A DNA stretch of 48,112 nucleotides. It comes from Candidatus Nanosyncoccus sp. GTDB taxonomy: Bacteria > Patescibacteriota > Saccharimonadia > Saccharimonadales > Saccharimonadaceae. The stretch's first letter is position 1. Every line of letters begins with the position of its first letter. A model generated the notes under the pieces. The model was given only the letters and a program-made list of their open reading frames with translations. It had not been told where the DNA came from and did no database searches. The stretch is taken from the NCBI GenBank assembly GCA_045649285.1, contig JAZRPP010000014.1:1-48112 (forward strand), read 5' to 3'. Shown piece after piece: positions 17,033 to 26,848 of the stretch. Position numbers and translations under genes: made by a program.

Positions 17033-19456
17033 TTAGTTGTTTACTAGATCGTTCATTGTATCTGCTGGATTGTCTGCGTCTGGGGTCACATTGTTGTTAG
17101 CTTCTTCTTGACCCGAATCGTTGTCTTGATTTGGTGAATATTCGCCAGAGTTAGCGCCACCTTGGTTTTCGCTGTAATCGTTTTCTGGGCTGACCGTCTC
17201 CTGGACGGGCTCAGCAGATTCAGAGGCTTCGTTCTGGACAGTCTCGGCCTCGGTGCCTTCGTAATCTTCGCCGGTAGGCTTCTCGGTGACTTCTTCTACC
17301 TCGGTGACGTCCTCGGTGGTACCAGGGTTGATGTCGTTAGAGCCATGATCTTTAGCGTCATCTTCGTTGATTTTATTGTCGATGCGCTCGAGATTTTCGG
17401 CGTCTTTGGGCTTGTCGCCTTCGTCGTCGTCTACTTCTGGAGTAGGTGTGTCGTCGTCTACTTCGGGAGTAGGGGTGTCGTCGTCTACTTCGGGAGTAGG
17501 GGTGTCGTCGTCATCCTTTTCTGGAGTGTCATCGTCTTTTTCAGAATCGTCGTCCTTCTCGGGTGTATCGTCGTCCTTCTCAGGGGTTGGTGTATCATCA
17601 TCGTTTTCCGTGATGGTGGTATCGTCATCCTTGTCTGGGGTGTCGTCTGGGTAATCCGGCTCATTGATTTCGGGGACACCTGGAACTGGAGTATTGTAAT
17701 TACCTTGGAGGCCACAAGCTTCGTTGTAATCACCAACCTTGACCCAGTTACCATCAATCATACGATAGACGTCTACTTGAGGAGCGCCGTTTCGTTTCTT
17801 GGTATCTTGGCTAACATGGACTTCTTCTGGAGTCATAATGTTGTCACCATTTTCATCGACAAAGTAAATATAGTAGGTGGTCTCGGTGTCGTTTTCATTG
17901 TACCATTCGTAACGAGTGTCATTTTCGTCGGACAAAACTTGGTCGAGCTTGGCTTTGATGGATTTTTGGAGATCGCCACCGTTTTCGTTGTTGCTCATAT
18001 AATTGTCGAGCTGAGTAACACTCCAACCATCGATACCGAGATCTTGCTTCTCAGCGTCGGTGAGAATATCGTAAGCGTAGGTGGCGAGATATTCTGGACC
18101 TTTGGCAGACATCTCTTCAAAGGCCTTTACGGTTTTGTCTCGGTCGCCATGGATGTAGGATTTGTCATAGCCAAAGGCATTGTGAGAAACTTTGTTACCG
18201 TAATCGGCATATTCGGAGAAATCGTAGGTAGTGCCGTTAGGAAGCTCGCCAGCATAGGCGGAGCTTTCGACGGATTTTTCAGCGCTGGAAGAGTCGTCGG
18301 TGTCGGCAGATTTTTCGGCGGCTTTGACGGAGCTGATATCAGGATTGTTTTGATTGTCTTGGTCGTTTTTGTATTCATCGTAAGATTGATATGTATCGAC
18401 AGCGTTTTTCTTGTTGCCGACTTTGCCGGAGAACGAAGCGACGGCAGCGACGGCAGCTAAGGCTACTACTAGAGCACGCGGGACGATCCTTTTGAGGCGC
18501 TCTTTGAGGGTAGGCTTAGCTTTGGCCTTTTCGAGGGTAGCCTTGGCTTCTTCCTCGGTGATAGCTTCTGGGTTAGATTCGAGTTTTTCTGAGTCTACTC
18601 CGAGCTCTTCGGCGATTTGGTTGACAGTCTGATTGGCCAGCTCGTCGGCGTCAGGCTCGGTAGTGTCAGATTCTTCGGGCTCGTCGGCCTCTTCAGCTTC
18701 AGCGGGATTTGCACCCATGAGCTCGGCTTTCTTGGCTTCGAGAGCGGCGAGTTTGGCGTTTAATTTTTTGCGGGCCTCGGCGCGTTCTTCGGGGGTGAAT
18801 TTTGCTAGCTGGGCATAGAAGTTGGCTTTTTCGGTGTCGTCCATCTCGCTGATGTCGGCATCGACAAAATCATCTACTCTAGTCCTGGGCTCAGCTTCGG
18901 AGGTATCAATAATGTTGGGGACTTGGTCGGGATTATCAATGTCAGGATTTTCGGGAGCTGCCGATGGATCACCGATAACTTCGGTGGTTTTTTTGATGAC
19001 AACTTCGTTGACTTTTTTGCCGCGAGCTTCATAGGTGGCGTGATCGGCTTCGCCAGAATCCTCACCAGCTTGGCCGGCTTCTTCGGCGGCCTGTTTTTTG
19101 GCGTTGTCTATGACTTGCTGCTTGGCATTGTCTATGACCTGATCCTTGGCGGCCTGCTTGGCGCCTCCTGCTGAGGTAGAATTAGTGCGGCTGTGATACT
19201 CGGCGAGGAGTTGGCCGATTTGATCTGGATGATCTTGATACCATTTAACTTTCTCGGGATCATCATCTACTAGAGAGGCGATTTTATCTGGGTTGTTTTG
19301 GTAGTAGGCCAATTCCTCCTCGGCGGCGGGATCAATGGCGGCCTTTTCTCTGGCAAAGCGGTCTACATTAGTTTCGCCAGTTTGCATAAATCTTTGATCG
19401 TTGGATATATTCCACCAGTCTTGGTTGCCCCCGGATAAGTTTTCTCCGTTAGCCAT
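17033..19456 (-). CDS. Large acidic single-TM protein with D/T/P repeats
   Basis: 807 aa; central TM (ALVVALAAVAAVA); DDDTPTPEV repeats; GGAGG RBS. Confidence 0.8.
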   Translation of the reverse strand: MANGENLSGGNQDWWNISNDQRFMQTGETNVDRFAREKAAIDPAAEEELAYYQNNPDKIASLVDDDPEKVKWYQDHPDQIGQLLAEYHSRTNSTSAGGAKQAAKDQVIDNAKQQVIDNAKKQAAEEAGQAGEDSGEADHATYEARGKKVNEVVIKKTTEVIGDPSAAPENPDIDNPDQVPNIIDTSEAEPRTRVDDFVDADISEMDDTEKANFYAQLAKFTPEERAEARKKLNAKLAALEAKKAELMGANPAEAEEADEPEESDTTEPDADELANQTVNQIAEELGVDSEKLESNPEAITEEEAKATLEKAKAKPTLKERLKRIVPRALVVALAAVAAVASFSGKVGNKKNAVDTYQSYDEYKNDQDNQNNPDISSVKAAEKSADTDDSSSAEKSVESSAYAGELPNGTTYDFSEYADYGNKVSHNAFGYDKSYIHGDRDKTVKAFEEMSAKGPEYLATYAYDILTDAEKQDLGIDGWSVTQLDNYMSNNENGGDLQKSIKAKLDQVLSDENDTRYEWYNENDTETTYYIYFVDENGDNIMTPEEVHVSQDTKKRNGAPQVDVYRMIDGNWVKVGDYNEACGLQGNYNTPVPGVPEINEPDYPDDTPDKDDDTTITENDDDTPTPEKDDDTPEKDDDSEKDDDTPEKDDDDTPTPEVDDDTPTPEVDDDTPTPEVDDDEGDKPKDAENLERIDNKINEDDAKDHGSNDINPGTTEDVTEVEEVTEKPTGEDYEGTEAETVQNEASESAEPVQETVSPENDYSENQGGANSGEYSPNQDNDSGQEEANNNVTPDADNPADTMNDLVNN
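17423..17512. repeat. 27-bp coding tandem repeat x3.3 (DDDTPTPEV)
   Basis: GTCGTCGTCTACTTCKGGAGTAGGKGT at 17423, 17450 and 17477. Confidence 0.9.
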
Positions 19457-19778
19457 TTTGACCTCCTAAATATTCTGCTGCGTAAGCTTTCATAGCATTA
19501 ATCATGATTTGCTCTAAGTTGATATTGTATTTGGTAAAGAAATTCTGAAAATCAGCCTCGGAAGCGGAGTCGCTATCTAGGAGTTTATTAATTTCGGCGT
19601 TTTGCTCTTTGGTGAATTTGCTAAAAATCGCCATACCGATGTAGTCATCGAGGGCGGCGATCAGCTCTTCCCTTTTGTTTGATATTTCTTCGGGAGAAGC
19701 GCCGTTGAGGGGCTTCTTGTCAATGAGTTCGTCGGCAAATTTTTCGAGAGCCGCGCGATCAATAAGATAGTTATCCAT
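19449..19778 (-). CDS. Conserved CPR-type small helical protein (DUF5663-like)
   Basis: 109 aa, LDDYIG.AI...FT.EQ..E...L pattern; overlaps the next start. Confidence 0.55.
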   Translation of the reverse strand: MDNYLIDRAALEKFADELIDKKPLNGASPEEISNKREELIAALDDYIGMAIFSKFTKEQNAEINKLLDSDSASEADFQNFFTKYNINLEQIMINAMKAYAAEYLGGQNG

Positions 19779-19894
19779 GATTATTTTTTATTAGTGTAGA
19801 CCTTTCTGGTTTTAGTTTAGCATAAGTGTGATTATAAAGTCAAATACCGCAATACAGAAAAATAAAAGCTGCTAATCTCGGGAAGTTTCGCAAA

Positions 19895-20069
19895 AAACTT
19901 AAAACCTAAATTTTCTCAGCGGCTCGCTCGTGTCAAGAAAAATTCTCAAAATTTTTAACGAAAAAATTCGCGTCTCACGCCGGCTGGGGGTTCGCTACGA
20001 ATTTTTTCTAAATTTTTCGAATTTTTCGTTGACTCGCTCAATGCTTCGAAACTTTTAGGTTTTAAGTTT
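19895..20069. repeat. Long bulged hairpin (~175 bp)
   Basis: AAACTTAAAACCTAAA...TTTAGGTTTTAAGTTT with inner GAAAAAATTCG/CGAATTTTTTC stems. Confidence 0.8.
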
Positions 20070-20070
20070 A

Positions 20071-20181
20071 TTAGACTAGTACATCTACAAGCATAATCGT
20101 CAGTTCGTAATAAAATTGAAGGTTGGAAGTGTTTATTACATTGGTGATCCTTTCTGTTAAAGTTGATAAATGTTGACTCAT
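20071..20181 (-). CDS. Putative 36-aa peptide MSQHLSTLTERITNVINTSNLQFYYELTIMLVDVLV
   Basis: AGAAAGGAG RBS upstream; stop abuts the long hairpin. Confidence 0.45.
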   Translation of the reverse strand: MSQHLSTLTERITNVINTSNLQFYYELTIMLVDVLV

Positions 20182-20287
20182 CTTATAATTTACTCCTTTC
20201 TTTAGGAAACTTTTCTTTGAGAAAAACTGTTAATTTACCTGGTTAAAATTTTTATTTTATATTTATGTGGCTAATCTTTTGTTTGTT

Positions 20288-20512
20288 TTAGGCGGATTGC
20301 TTGGCTAAGTCTGCGATCTTACGACCACGAGCTCTAAACAGAGGTCTCAGATTGATAGACTTAAGTCTTTCAATACTCTCCTTTTTGATGCTTTGGGGAG
20401 GAATGTATTCCATCTCTTCTTTGTTGGTGCCGTAGGTTTCGTAGTCTATGTCATCCTTCCAGTCGGAGTCGATTACTTCCCCGCCCTTTGGTAAATTAAA
20501 TTTTTCTGTCAT
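20288..20512 (-). CDS. Hypothetical protein (74 aa)
   Basis: AAAGGA RBS; TGCTATCAT -10-like site upstream. Confidence 0.65.
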   Translation of the reverse strand: MTEKFNLPKGGEVIDSDWKDDIDYETYGTNKEEMEYIPPQSIKKESIERLKSINLRPLFRARGRKIADLAKQSA

Positions 20513-20677
20513 TTTTGTTTTCCTTTTTGTTATTTTTGTTTTTATGTTTTGCCTCTGCTTGTTAGAATGTTTGTTTTGTTTTCTAACTTACTTTAATGAT
20601 AGCACACTTTGTGAAAAAAGTCAATAGTGATTATGCTTAAAAATCGCGAAAAGTCAAGTTAACAGATAAAGATCGCA

Positions 20678-20919
20678 CAGAAATAAAAATAGGCATTTCA
20701 TTCACAGGACTTAACGCTTATGTGATTTTTACAAAATCTGGCAGGCGCTCGCGTCTTAGCGATTTTGCTAGTTGCTTGTAATACTACTTGTTGGCACTCA
20801 TACCTACCTACAGTATGTTTATTCTATCTAGCCCGGGACGCTCACGCACTGGGATTTTCGTAAAAATCACGCGCGTTAAATCTGGAAATTGTTCATGAAA
20901 TGCCTATTTTTTATTTCTG
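20678..20919. repeat. MITE-like long inverted-repeat element downstream of ileS
   Basis: CAGAAATAAAAATAGGCATTTCA ... TGAAATGCCTATTTTTTATTTCTG plus inner TTAACGC/GCGTTAA and GTGATTTTTAC/GTAAAAATCAC. Confidence 0.8.
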
Positions 20920-20927
20920 AAAGATTT

Positions 20928-23813
20928 TTATTTTTTCTCTAGGCTTATTGTGATGTTTTCGCCGTTGACTTTGGCGATTTCGTCGTGGGAGAAATTGGAG
21001 TTTTGTTCAATTTTGTCTGCTAGGACTTCGGTTTTGATGAAGTCGTAGTGCTCCTCGGGTGGGGTGATGGAGAGAGATAGCTTGATCTCGTCGCCAGGAG
21101 CGAGACCGGCATGCTTGCGGGCGGACTGGATGGCGCGGATAAGCTCGCGGGCTAGGCCCTCGCGTTTCAATTCATCAGTTAAGGTCTTGTCTAGTTTTAA
21201 TTCTTCCCCGTTTTTGACAGATTTGACGTTGACTTCGTCCATAATGATCTGCTCATAGTAAGAGTCTAGCTTCTCGCCTGAGTAGATGAGCTCGGAGAGG
21301 GGCTGGCGAATTTTGATCTGGGCTTCAGTCTCGGACTTTTGCATGCGGAGAGCGAGAGCGTCAGTAATGATTTGGCGAGTGCGGGACATCTCATCCAGAA
21401 TCTCTTGGTCAATCTCGCCGGGCTCTGGCCAGTCTAAGAGATGAACGGAGGTTTCTTCTCCAGTCATTTTTTGATAGAGTTCCTCGGAAAGGAAGGGGGT
21501 AAAGGGGGCGAGGATTTTGGCTAGGTAGACTAGCACGTAAGAGAGGGTGGAGAAAGCAGCTTTTTTGTCTTTTTCGTCTTCGTTTTTGGAGAAACGGCGA
21601 CGAGAGCGACGGACAAACCAGTTAGAGAGGTCGTCGATGAACGGGAGGATGCCAGAGAGAGCGTCGGGAAGATTATAACCTTCCATGTTCTTCGTAATGT
21701 CATTTCGGAGTTGATAAATACGGGAGATGATCCAGATATCTAGGGGGTTGGTAGATTTAGCTGAACCTTCAACATCTATGCCTTCAACTTCCGCATACGT
21801 CACAAAGAAGTCGTAGACATTCCAGATCATGTTGAGCTTGCGGTGGACATCGGAGACATCTTTATCTATGAGTGAAAAATCTTCGCCGGAGAGAACGGGG
21901 CTGGAAAGAAGTAAGAAACGGAAGGCATCGGCGGAGTATTTGTCGATTAGCTCGTTTGGATCAGTGAAGTTACCGAGAGATTTGCTCATCTTGCGACCGT
22001 CGTTCCCTGCCAAGGTACCTGTGGTAATGACATTTTTATAAGCATTCTTGTGGTGCTTTTTGGCTTTGTCGCCGAAAGCGCCGGTACTAGCTAGAGCAGT
22101 ATTAACTGCGTGGACATAGTAGAACCAAGCGCGGACCTGGCCAACATACTCGACGATAAAGTCGGCAGGATAATTATGCTCAAACTTCTCTTTGTTTTCA
22201 AATGGATAGTGGAGCTGGGCGAATGGCATGGAGCCAGACTCAAACCAGCAGTCTAGGACCTTCTCGATGCGAGTGAAATGCTCGCCATCGATATCAAAAG
22301 TAATGTCGTCTACCCAAGGGCGGTGATAATCTTCTAGCTCGACACCAGATAATTCTTTGAGCTCGGCATAGCTACCGACGACTTTGACTGTACCTTTGTC
22401 GCCCTTCCAGACTGGCATGGCGGTAGCCCAGAAGCGGTCGCGACTTAAGTTCCAATCTGGGGCCTGCTCGATGTTATTAGCGAAACGGCCGTGCTTTAAG
22501 TAGGCTGGGAACCAGTTGATGTTTTCGTTCTCTGCTAGCATGAGAGGCTTTTGGCCCTGGATATCAAAGAACCAAGATGGAAAGGCACGATAGATGATAC
22601 GCTCTTTGCTCCGAGGGTTGAAAGGATATTCGTGCTGAATGTACTCGATCTTGTAGATTATTCCCTTTTCTTCGAGGACCTTGGCAATAAACTTGTTGGC
22701 CGCCCAAATTTGGATGCCGGTATCGTCAGTGTCACGAACTCCTAATTTATGTAACTTTTCGGCCGTCTCTGGGAGATAGTAGCCGTTTTCGTCTAGGCAA
22801 TCAAGGAAATCGACTTTGTCGGTGTTTTTCTGATATAAATCATAATCATCTTCGCCGTAGGCGGGGGCAATATGGACGATGCCGGTACCCTCGCCACTAC
22901 CGACAAAATCGGCGGTGAGGACAGGCTGGGGATTGCTGGCAAAAATGTTTTCGTATTTGAGATCTGCTAAATCTTTGCCTTTGAAAGTTTTCTCCGGCTC
23001 AATACCTTCGAACAGAATTTTTGCTCGGTCTACGCTCAGGATGAATTCTTCGCCATCTATATTATATATACCGTACTCTAGATCTGAACTAACGGCAAGA
23101 CAGCGGTTGGCCGGCAAAGTCCACGGAGTGGTGGTCCAGGCTAGGAAGTATTGATCTTTGTCTTTTAACTTAAACTTGACATAGGCAGATGGGTCGGTGA
23201 CGGTCTGGTAGGCGTCGTTGTCCATGGTGACTTCGGCTTTGCTGATTGGGGTGGCGAATTTGGTGTCATACATGAGGACTTTGCGACCTTCGTAGATTTT
23301 GCCTGCCTCGTAAAGCTGCTTAAAGGCCCACCAGACGGATTCCATAAAATCTTTGTTCATAGTGCGGTAGCTGTGGTCAAAATCAACCCAGCGACCGACG
23401 CGGTCGATAGTGGAGCGCCAAGACTCGGAGTTGGCCACCATAGATTCGCGAGCTTTGATAATGTAATCCTCAAGAGACCATTTGGTGCCGATGTCTCTTC
23501 TATCGGTAATACCGAGCTGCTTTTCGACGAAATTTTCGGCGGGAAGGCCATGGCAGTCCCAGCCCCATTTGCGCTCGACACGGTAGCCATTCATAGTCCA
23601 GTAACGAGGGACGGCATCTTTGACGATACTGCTAAGAAGTGTGCCTGGGTGAGGATTGCCAGTAATGAAAGGAGGGCCGTCATAAAAAACGTAAGATTTG
23701 TCCTCAGGACGATTCTTAATTGACTGTTCAAAAGTTTTGTTTTTCTTCCACCAATCAGTGATAGCCCTTTCGTACTCCGCGGGCCGGCGGCGTTCTCCTA
23801 CTCTATATTTCAT
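20928..23813 (-). CDS. ileS: Isoleucine--tRNA ligase (IleRS2-type)
   Basis: FYDGPPF, GWDCHGLP, WTTTPWT, GTGIVH.AP, SR.RFW, WFESGSMP, KMSKS. Confidence 0.95.
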   Translation of the reverse strand: MKYRVGERRRPAEYERAITDWWKKNKTFEQSIKNRPEDKSYVFYDGPPFITGNPHPGTLLSSIVKDAVPRYWTMNGYRVERKWGWDCHGLPAENFVEKQLGITDRRDIGTKWSLEDYIIKARESMVANSESWRSTIDRVGRWVDFDHSYRTMNKDFMESVWWAFKQLYEAGKIYEGRKVLMYDTKFATPISKAEVTMDNDAYQTVTDPSAYVKFKLKDKDQYFLAWTTTPWTLPANRCLAVSSDLEYGIYNIDGEEFILSVDRAKILFEGIEPEKTFKGKDLADLKYENIFASNPQPVLTADFVGSGEGTGIVHIAPAYGEDDYDLYQKNTDKVDFLDCLDENGYYLPETAEKLHKLGVRDTDDTGIQIWAANKFIAKVLEEKGIIYKIEYIQHEYPFNPRSKERIIYRAFPSWFFDIQGQKPLMLAENENINWFPAYLKHGRFANNIEQAPDWNLSRDRFWATAMPVWKGDKGTVKVVGSYAELKELSGVELEDYHRPWVDDITFDIDGEHFTRIEKVLDCWFESGSMPFAQLHYPFENKEKFEHNYPADFIVEYVGQVRAWFYYVHAVNTALASTGAFGDKAKKHHKNAYKNVITTGTLAGNDGRKMSKSLGNFTDPNELIDKYSADAFRFLLLSSPVLSGEDFSLIDKDVSDVHRKLNMIWNVYDFFVTYAEVEGIDVEGSAKSTNPLDIWIISRIYQLRNDITKNMEGYNLPDALSGILPFIDDLSNWFVRRSRRRFSKNEDEKDKKAAFSTLSYVLVYLAKILAPFTPFLSEELYQKMTGEETSVHLLDWPEPGEIDQEILDEMSRTRQIITDALALRMQKSETEAQIKIRQPLSELIYSGEKLDSYYEQIIMDEVNVKSVKNGEELKLDKTLTDELKREGLARELIRAIQSARKHAGLAPGDEIKLSLSITPPEEHYDFIKTEVLADKIEQNSNFSHDEIAKVNGENITISLEKK

Positions 23814-23840
23814 AGATATATTATAGCACAGTTTGGGGGA

Positions 23841-24641
23841 TTATTTGGTGCGGACATCAAGTATAGGATAAGGAATAGTGATCTTGTGTGTCTCGAGGTG
23901 CGAAACTATAACACCAAGGGCGTCGCGGCGAGTCTGGAGGTAGTTGGATGGGTCAGTACATACTACGACTACTTGATAATTAGTAGAATATTCATCAAGT
24001 TTTGTGACACCTTGATAAGCGGCAGAAGCGATCGTGTCTTGCTTTGGCAAAGCTTTGGCGATTTCCTTCATAATCTCGGTGGCTTTATCTAGCTTAAGCT
24101 CACGAGGGAGAGGGACTGGGATATAGAGGTAGCCGGTGAGCTTTTCGACCTTCTCGATATTACGGTTGGCGATGGAAACGATATTGTTAGTATTAACATC
24201 TTGAATCTTGGTAGTAAGGAGGCTGACGGCGGTAACCACACCGACGTTATCATCATAAGCAATAGTATCGCCGAGCTCGTAATAACTATCGGAGATAATA
24301 TTAAAACCGCGGATAATGTCTTTGAGAGAATCCTGCAAAGCAAAGCCGACCACGATACCGACTACCCCGACACCAGCCAGCATCGAGCTAACATCTACAC
24401 CACAAATCTGAAGAACGGTAAGAGTGGTTAAGATGAAAATAATAGCAGCGATAACCTTTTTGAGGACTTGAATAAAAGTTTTGTTCTTTTTGTCGGAGAG
24501 GATGCGAGATTTGCGGTTCTCTCGGTGAGATAAGAAACCAACAGCGATGCGATAAACTAAGAAGTTAAAAAATATAATAATAACCGACCAAAAGGCGCGT
24601 TTGATCCAGACGTTTTCCAAAATATTTTTTAATACATCCAT
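23841..24641 (-). CDS. mscS: Small-conductance mechanosensitive channel
   Basis: AGVGVVGIVVGFALQD..KDII.G, GD.I, IPYP. Confidence 0.85.
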   Translation of the reverse strand: MDVLKNILENVWIKRAFWSVIIIFFNFLVYRIAVGFLSHRENRKSRILSDKKNKTFIQVLKKVIAAIIFILTTLTVLQICGVDVSSMLAGVGVVGIVVGFALQDSLKDIIRGFNIISDSYYELGDTIAYDDNVGVVTAVSLLTTKIQDVNTNNIVSIANRNIEKVEKLTGYLYIPVPLPRELKLDKATEIMKEIAKALPKQDTIASAAYQGVTKLDEYSTNYQVVVVCTDPSNYLQTRRDALGVIVSHLETHKITIPYPILDVRTK

Positions 24642-24651
24642 AGATATCCTT

Positions 24652-24906
24652 TCAAATAAAATAATATAAAACTTCGTTGAATAGGGGCAAATCAGTGCCG
24701 CGCCACATCTCGCGGACGTCGCCCTGATCCCCTAGGGCGATAATGGTAGGATACTCGACAATATCGTATGTTTGACAAAAGTTAGGGTCTCGATCTGGAT
24801 CTACAACCTCGAGCTCACGACCGGTCTGGCGATAAAAATTCTCGAGCCACTCAGAGACTTTGCGAGAATAATCTTGATTATCACGATAGACGCACACCAC
24901 CCGCAT
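24652..24906 (-). CDS. Small thioredoxin-like-fold protein
   Basis: VDPD....C..YDIVEYPTIIAL; directly follows ftsZ. Confidence 0.6.
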   Translation of the reverse strand: MRVVCVYRDNQDYSRKVSEWLENFYRQTGRELEVVDPDRDPNFCQTYDIVEYPTIIALGDQGDVREMWRGTDLPLFNEVLYYFI

Positions 24907-24910
24907 GAGA

Positions 24911-26080
24911 TTATTTCTTCTTTTTCTTCAAACGTTCGCGAAGAGAAGGTGGGATATCTAGGTCATCATCCTCGGCAGGAACAGGCTCTGGGATGGGCTC
25001 ACTTTTGATAGAGTCCCACATATTAGATCTGCTATCGGAGGCAAAATCTTTGCCGGAAACTTCTGGCTTTTCGGTCTTGGCTGGCTCTGCTGGCTCGGAA
25101 GAGGAGACATTGCGAGCAAAATCTTCGTTGAAATAGTCGGCATCGAAGCCAGTAGCGACGACGGTAACGACGATTTCGTCTTCTAGCTCTGGGCGGATAG
25201 CGGCACCAAAGATAATATTGGCATCTGGAGAAACTGCGCCAGTGATGACCTCGGCGGCCTCCTGGACCTCGGACATAGACATGTCGTAACCACCAGCAAC
25301 TGAGAAGAGAACTCCACGAGCACCCTCGATCTTAACCTCGATAAGTGGTGACTCGACAGCCTGGCCGGCGGCAAGGACGGCACGATTTTCACCAGAGGCG
25401 CGGCCAATACCCATGAGGGCGGAACCGGCGTTTTTCATGATGCTCTTAACATCGGCAAAGTCTAGGTTGATCAGAGAATGCTCAGTAATGAGCTCGGAAA
25501 TACCCTGAACGCCCTGGCGAAGGACATCGTCGGCGATTTTGAAAGATTCTAAAAGCGGGGTGCGAGGATCGATAGTCTGAAGTAGACGATCGTTAGGAAT
25601 GGTGATTAAGGCATCTACCTGGCGAGAGAGCTTGTCGATGGCTACCTCGGCATTAGCCTTGCGGCGGGCACCCTCGAAGGTGAAAGGCTTGGTAGCTACA
25701 CCAACGGTCAGGATATCGCGCTTGCGAGCCTCCTCAGCGACGACTGGGCCAGCACCGGAACCGGTACCGCCACCAGCACCGAGAGTAATAAAGACCATGT
25801 CGGCATCTTCCAAAGCTTTGCCGATAGCTTCCCTGCCCTCCTCAGCGGCCTCGCGGCCTTTCTCGGGATCGCCACCAGCACCTAGGCCTCTGCCAATATG
25901 AACTTTAACATCTGCAGGAGAATGATGAAGGGCCTGGGCATCGGTATTGATAGCGACGAATTCGACGCCACCAAGCCCTACTTCCTTCATCCGCTCCACC
26001 GCAGAACCACCGGCGCCACCTACACCTACTACTTTTATACTTGCTTTACTTTCCACCTCTGTCGGTTTTACCTCTGGCAT
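24911..26080 (-). CDS. ftsZ: Cell division protein FtsZ
   Basis: IKVVGVGGAG, GAGGGTGSG, INLDFADV, C-terminal LDIPPSLR. Confidence 0.98.
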   Translation of the reverse strand: MPEVKPTEVESKASIKVVGVGGAGGSAVERMKEVGLGGVEFVAINTDAQALHHSPADVKVHIGRGLGAGGDPEKGREAAEEGREAIGKALEDADMVFITLGAGGGTGSGAGPVVAEEARKRDILTVGVATKPFTFEGARRKANAEVAIDKLSRQVDALITIPNDRLLQTIDPRTPLLESFKIADDVLRQGVQGISELITEHSLINLDFADVKSIMKNAGSALMGIGRASGENRAVLAAGQAVESPLIEVKIEGARGVLFSVAGGYDMSMSEVQEAAEVITGAVSPDANIIFGAAIRPELEDEIVVTVVATGFDADYFNEDFARNVSSSEPAEPAKTEKPEVSGKDFASDSRSNMWDSIKSEPIPEPVPAEDDDLDIPPSLRERLKKKKK

Positions 26081-26146
26081 AATTTACCTCGCTTTATCAT
26101 ATATTTACTATATAATATATACCCAATGTAGGAAAAAATCAAGGGG

Positions 26147-26848
26147 TTACTCGGCATTGGTATAGACGTTGGTGACATCGTCTAGGTCATCAACTGCATC
26201 TAGGAGTTTCTCAAGTTTTTCGCCAGTTTCTTCATCCACGGGTACCTTTGTAGTGGGGACGTATTGGAGCTCGGCGGAAGTGATGGTGAGGTTGGCATTT
26301 TTAAGGGCGTCACGGACCTTGGCGAGGTCGGAGGCATCGGTATAAATAGTAATACCGTCTTCGTCCTCGGTGGCATCCTCGGCACCGGCATCTAGGGCAG
26401 ACATTAGAGCTTCTTCCCCTTTCTCGGAAATCTCGATGACGCCTTTTCTAGAGAATTGGAACATCACGGAGCCAGGGTCGGCCATGCGGCCACCGGATTT
26501 GTCTAGGGTGTGACGGACGGCAGGCATGGTGCGGTTTTTATTATCAGTGGCCACCTCGATAACGATACCGACACCGCCAGGACCGTAAGCCTCGTAGGTT
26601 TCTTCTATCAGAGCTGCGGCGGATTTATCAGCGGCGCGAGCAATGGCGCGCTCGATGTTGGCCTTTGGCATGTTGGCATGGCGAGCTTTGTCTAGAACCA
26701 TCGCGAGAGATGGGTTCATATTTGGATCCGTCCCTTGGCGAGCGGCAATGGCGATTTGGTTGCCGATTTTGGTGAACAATGCGCCGCGCTTGGCATCGAC
26801 GACGGCTTTTTGGCGTTTGGTAGTGGCCCATTTACTATGTCCTGACAT
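26147..26848 (-). CDS. yebC: YebC/PmpR family protein
   Basis: MSGHSKW..KRQK...D.KRG, YE.YGPGG, TDNKNRT. Confidence 0.95.
   Translation of the reverse strand: MSGHSKWATTKRQKAVVDAKRGALFTKIGNQIAIAARQGTDPNMNPSLAMVLDKARHANMPKANIERAIARAADKSAAALIEETYEAYGPGGVGIVIEVATDNKNRTMPAVRHTLDKSGGRMADPGSVMFQFSRKGVIEISEKGEEALMSALDAGAEDATEDEDGITIYTDASDLAKVRDALKNANLTITSAELQYVPTTKVPVDEETGEKLEKLLDAVDDLDDVTNVYTNAE

Noticed and set aside
17162-18460. 432-aa plus-strand ORF
   Set aside because: Antisense shadow of the repetitive acidic gene.
23630-23660. IleRS HIGH motif reads HPGT
   Set aside because: Variant noted, but all other motifs are intact; no ground to infer altered function.
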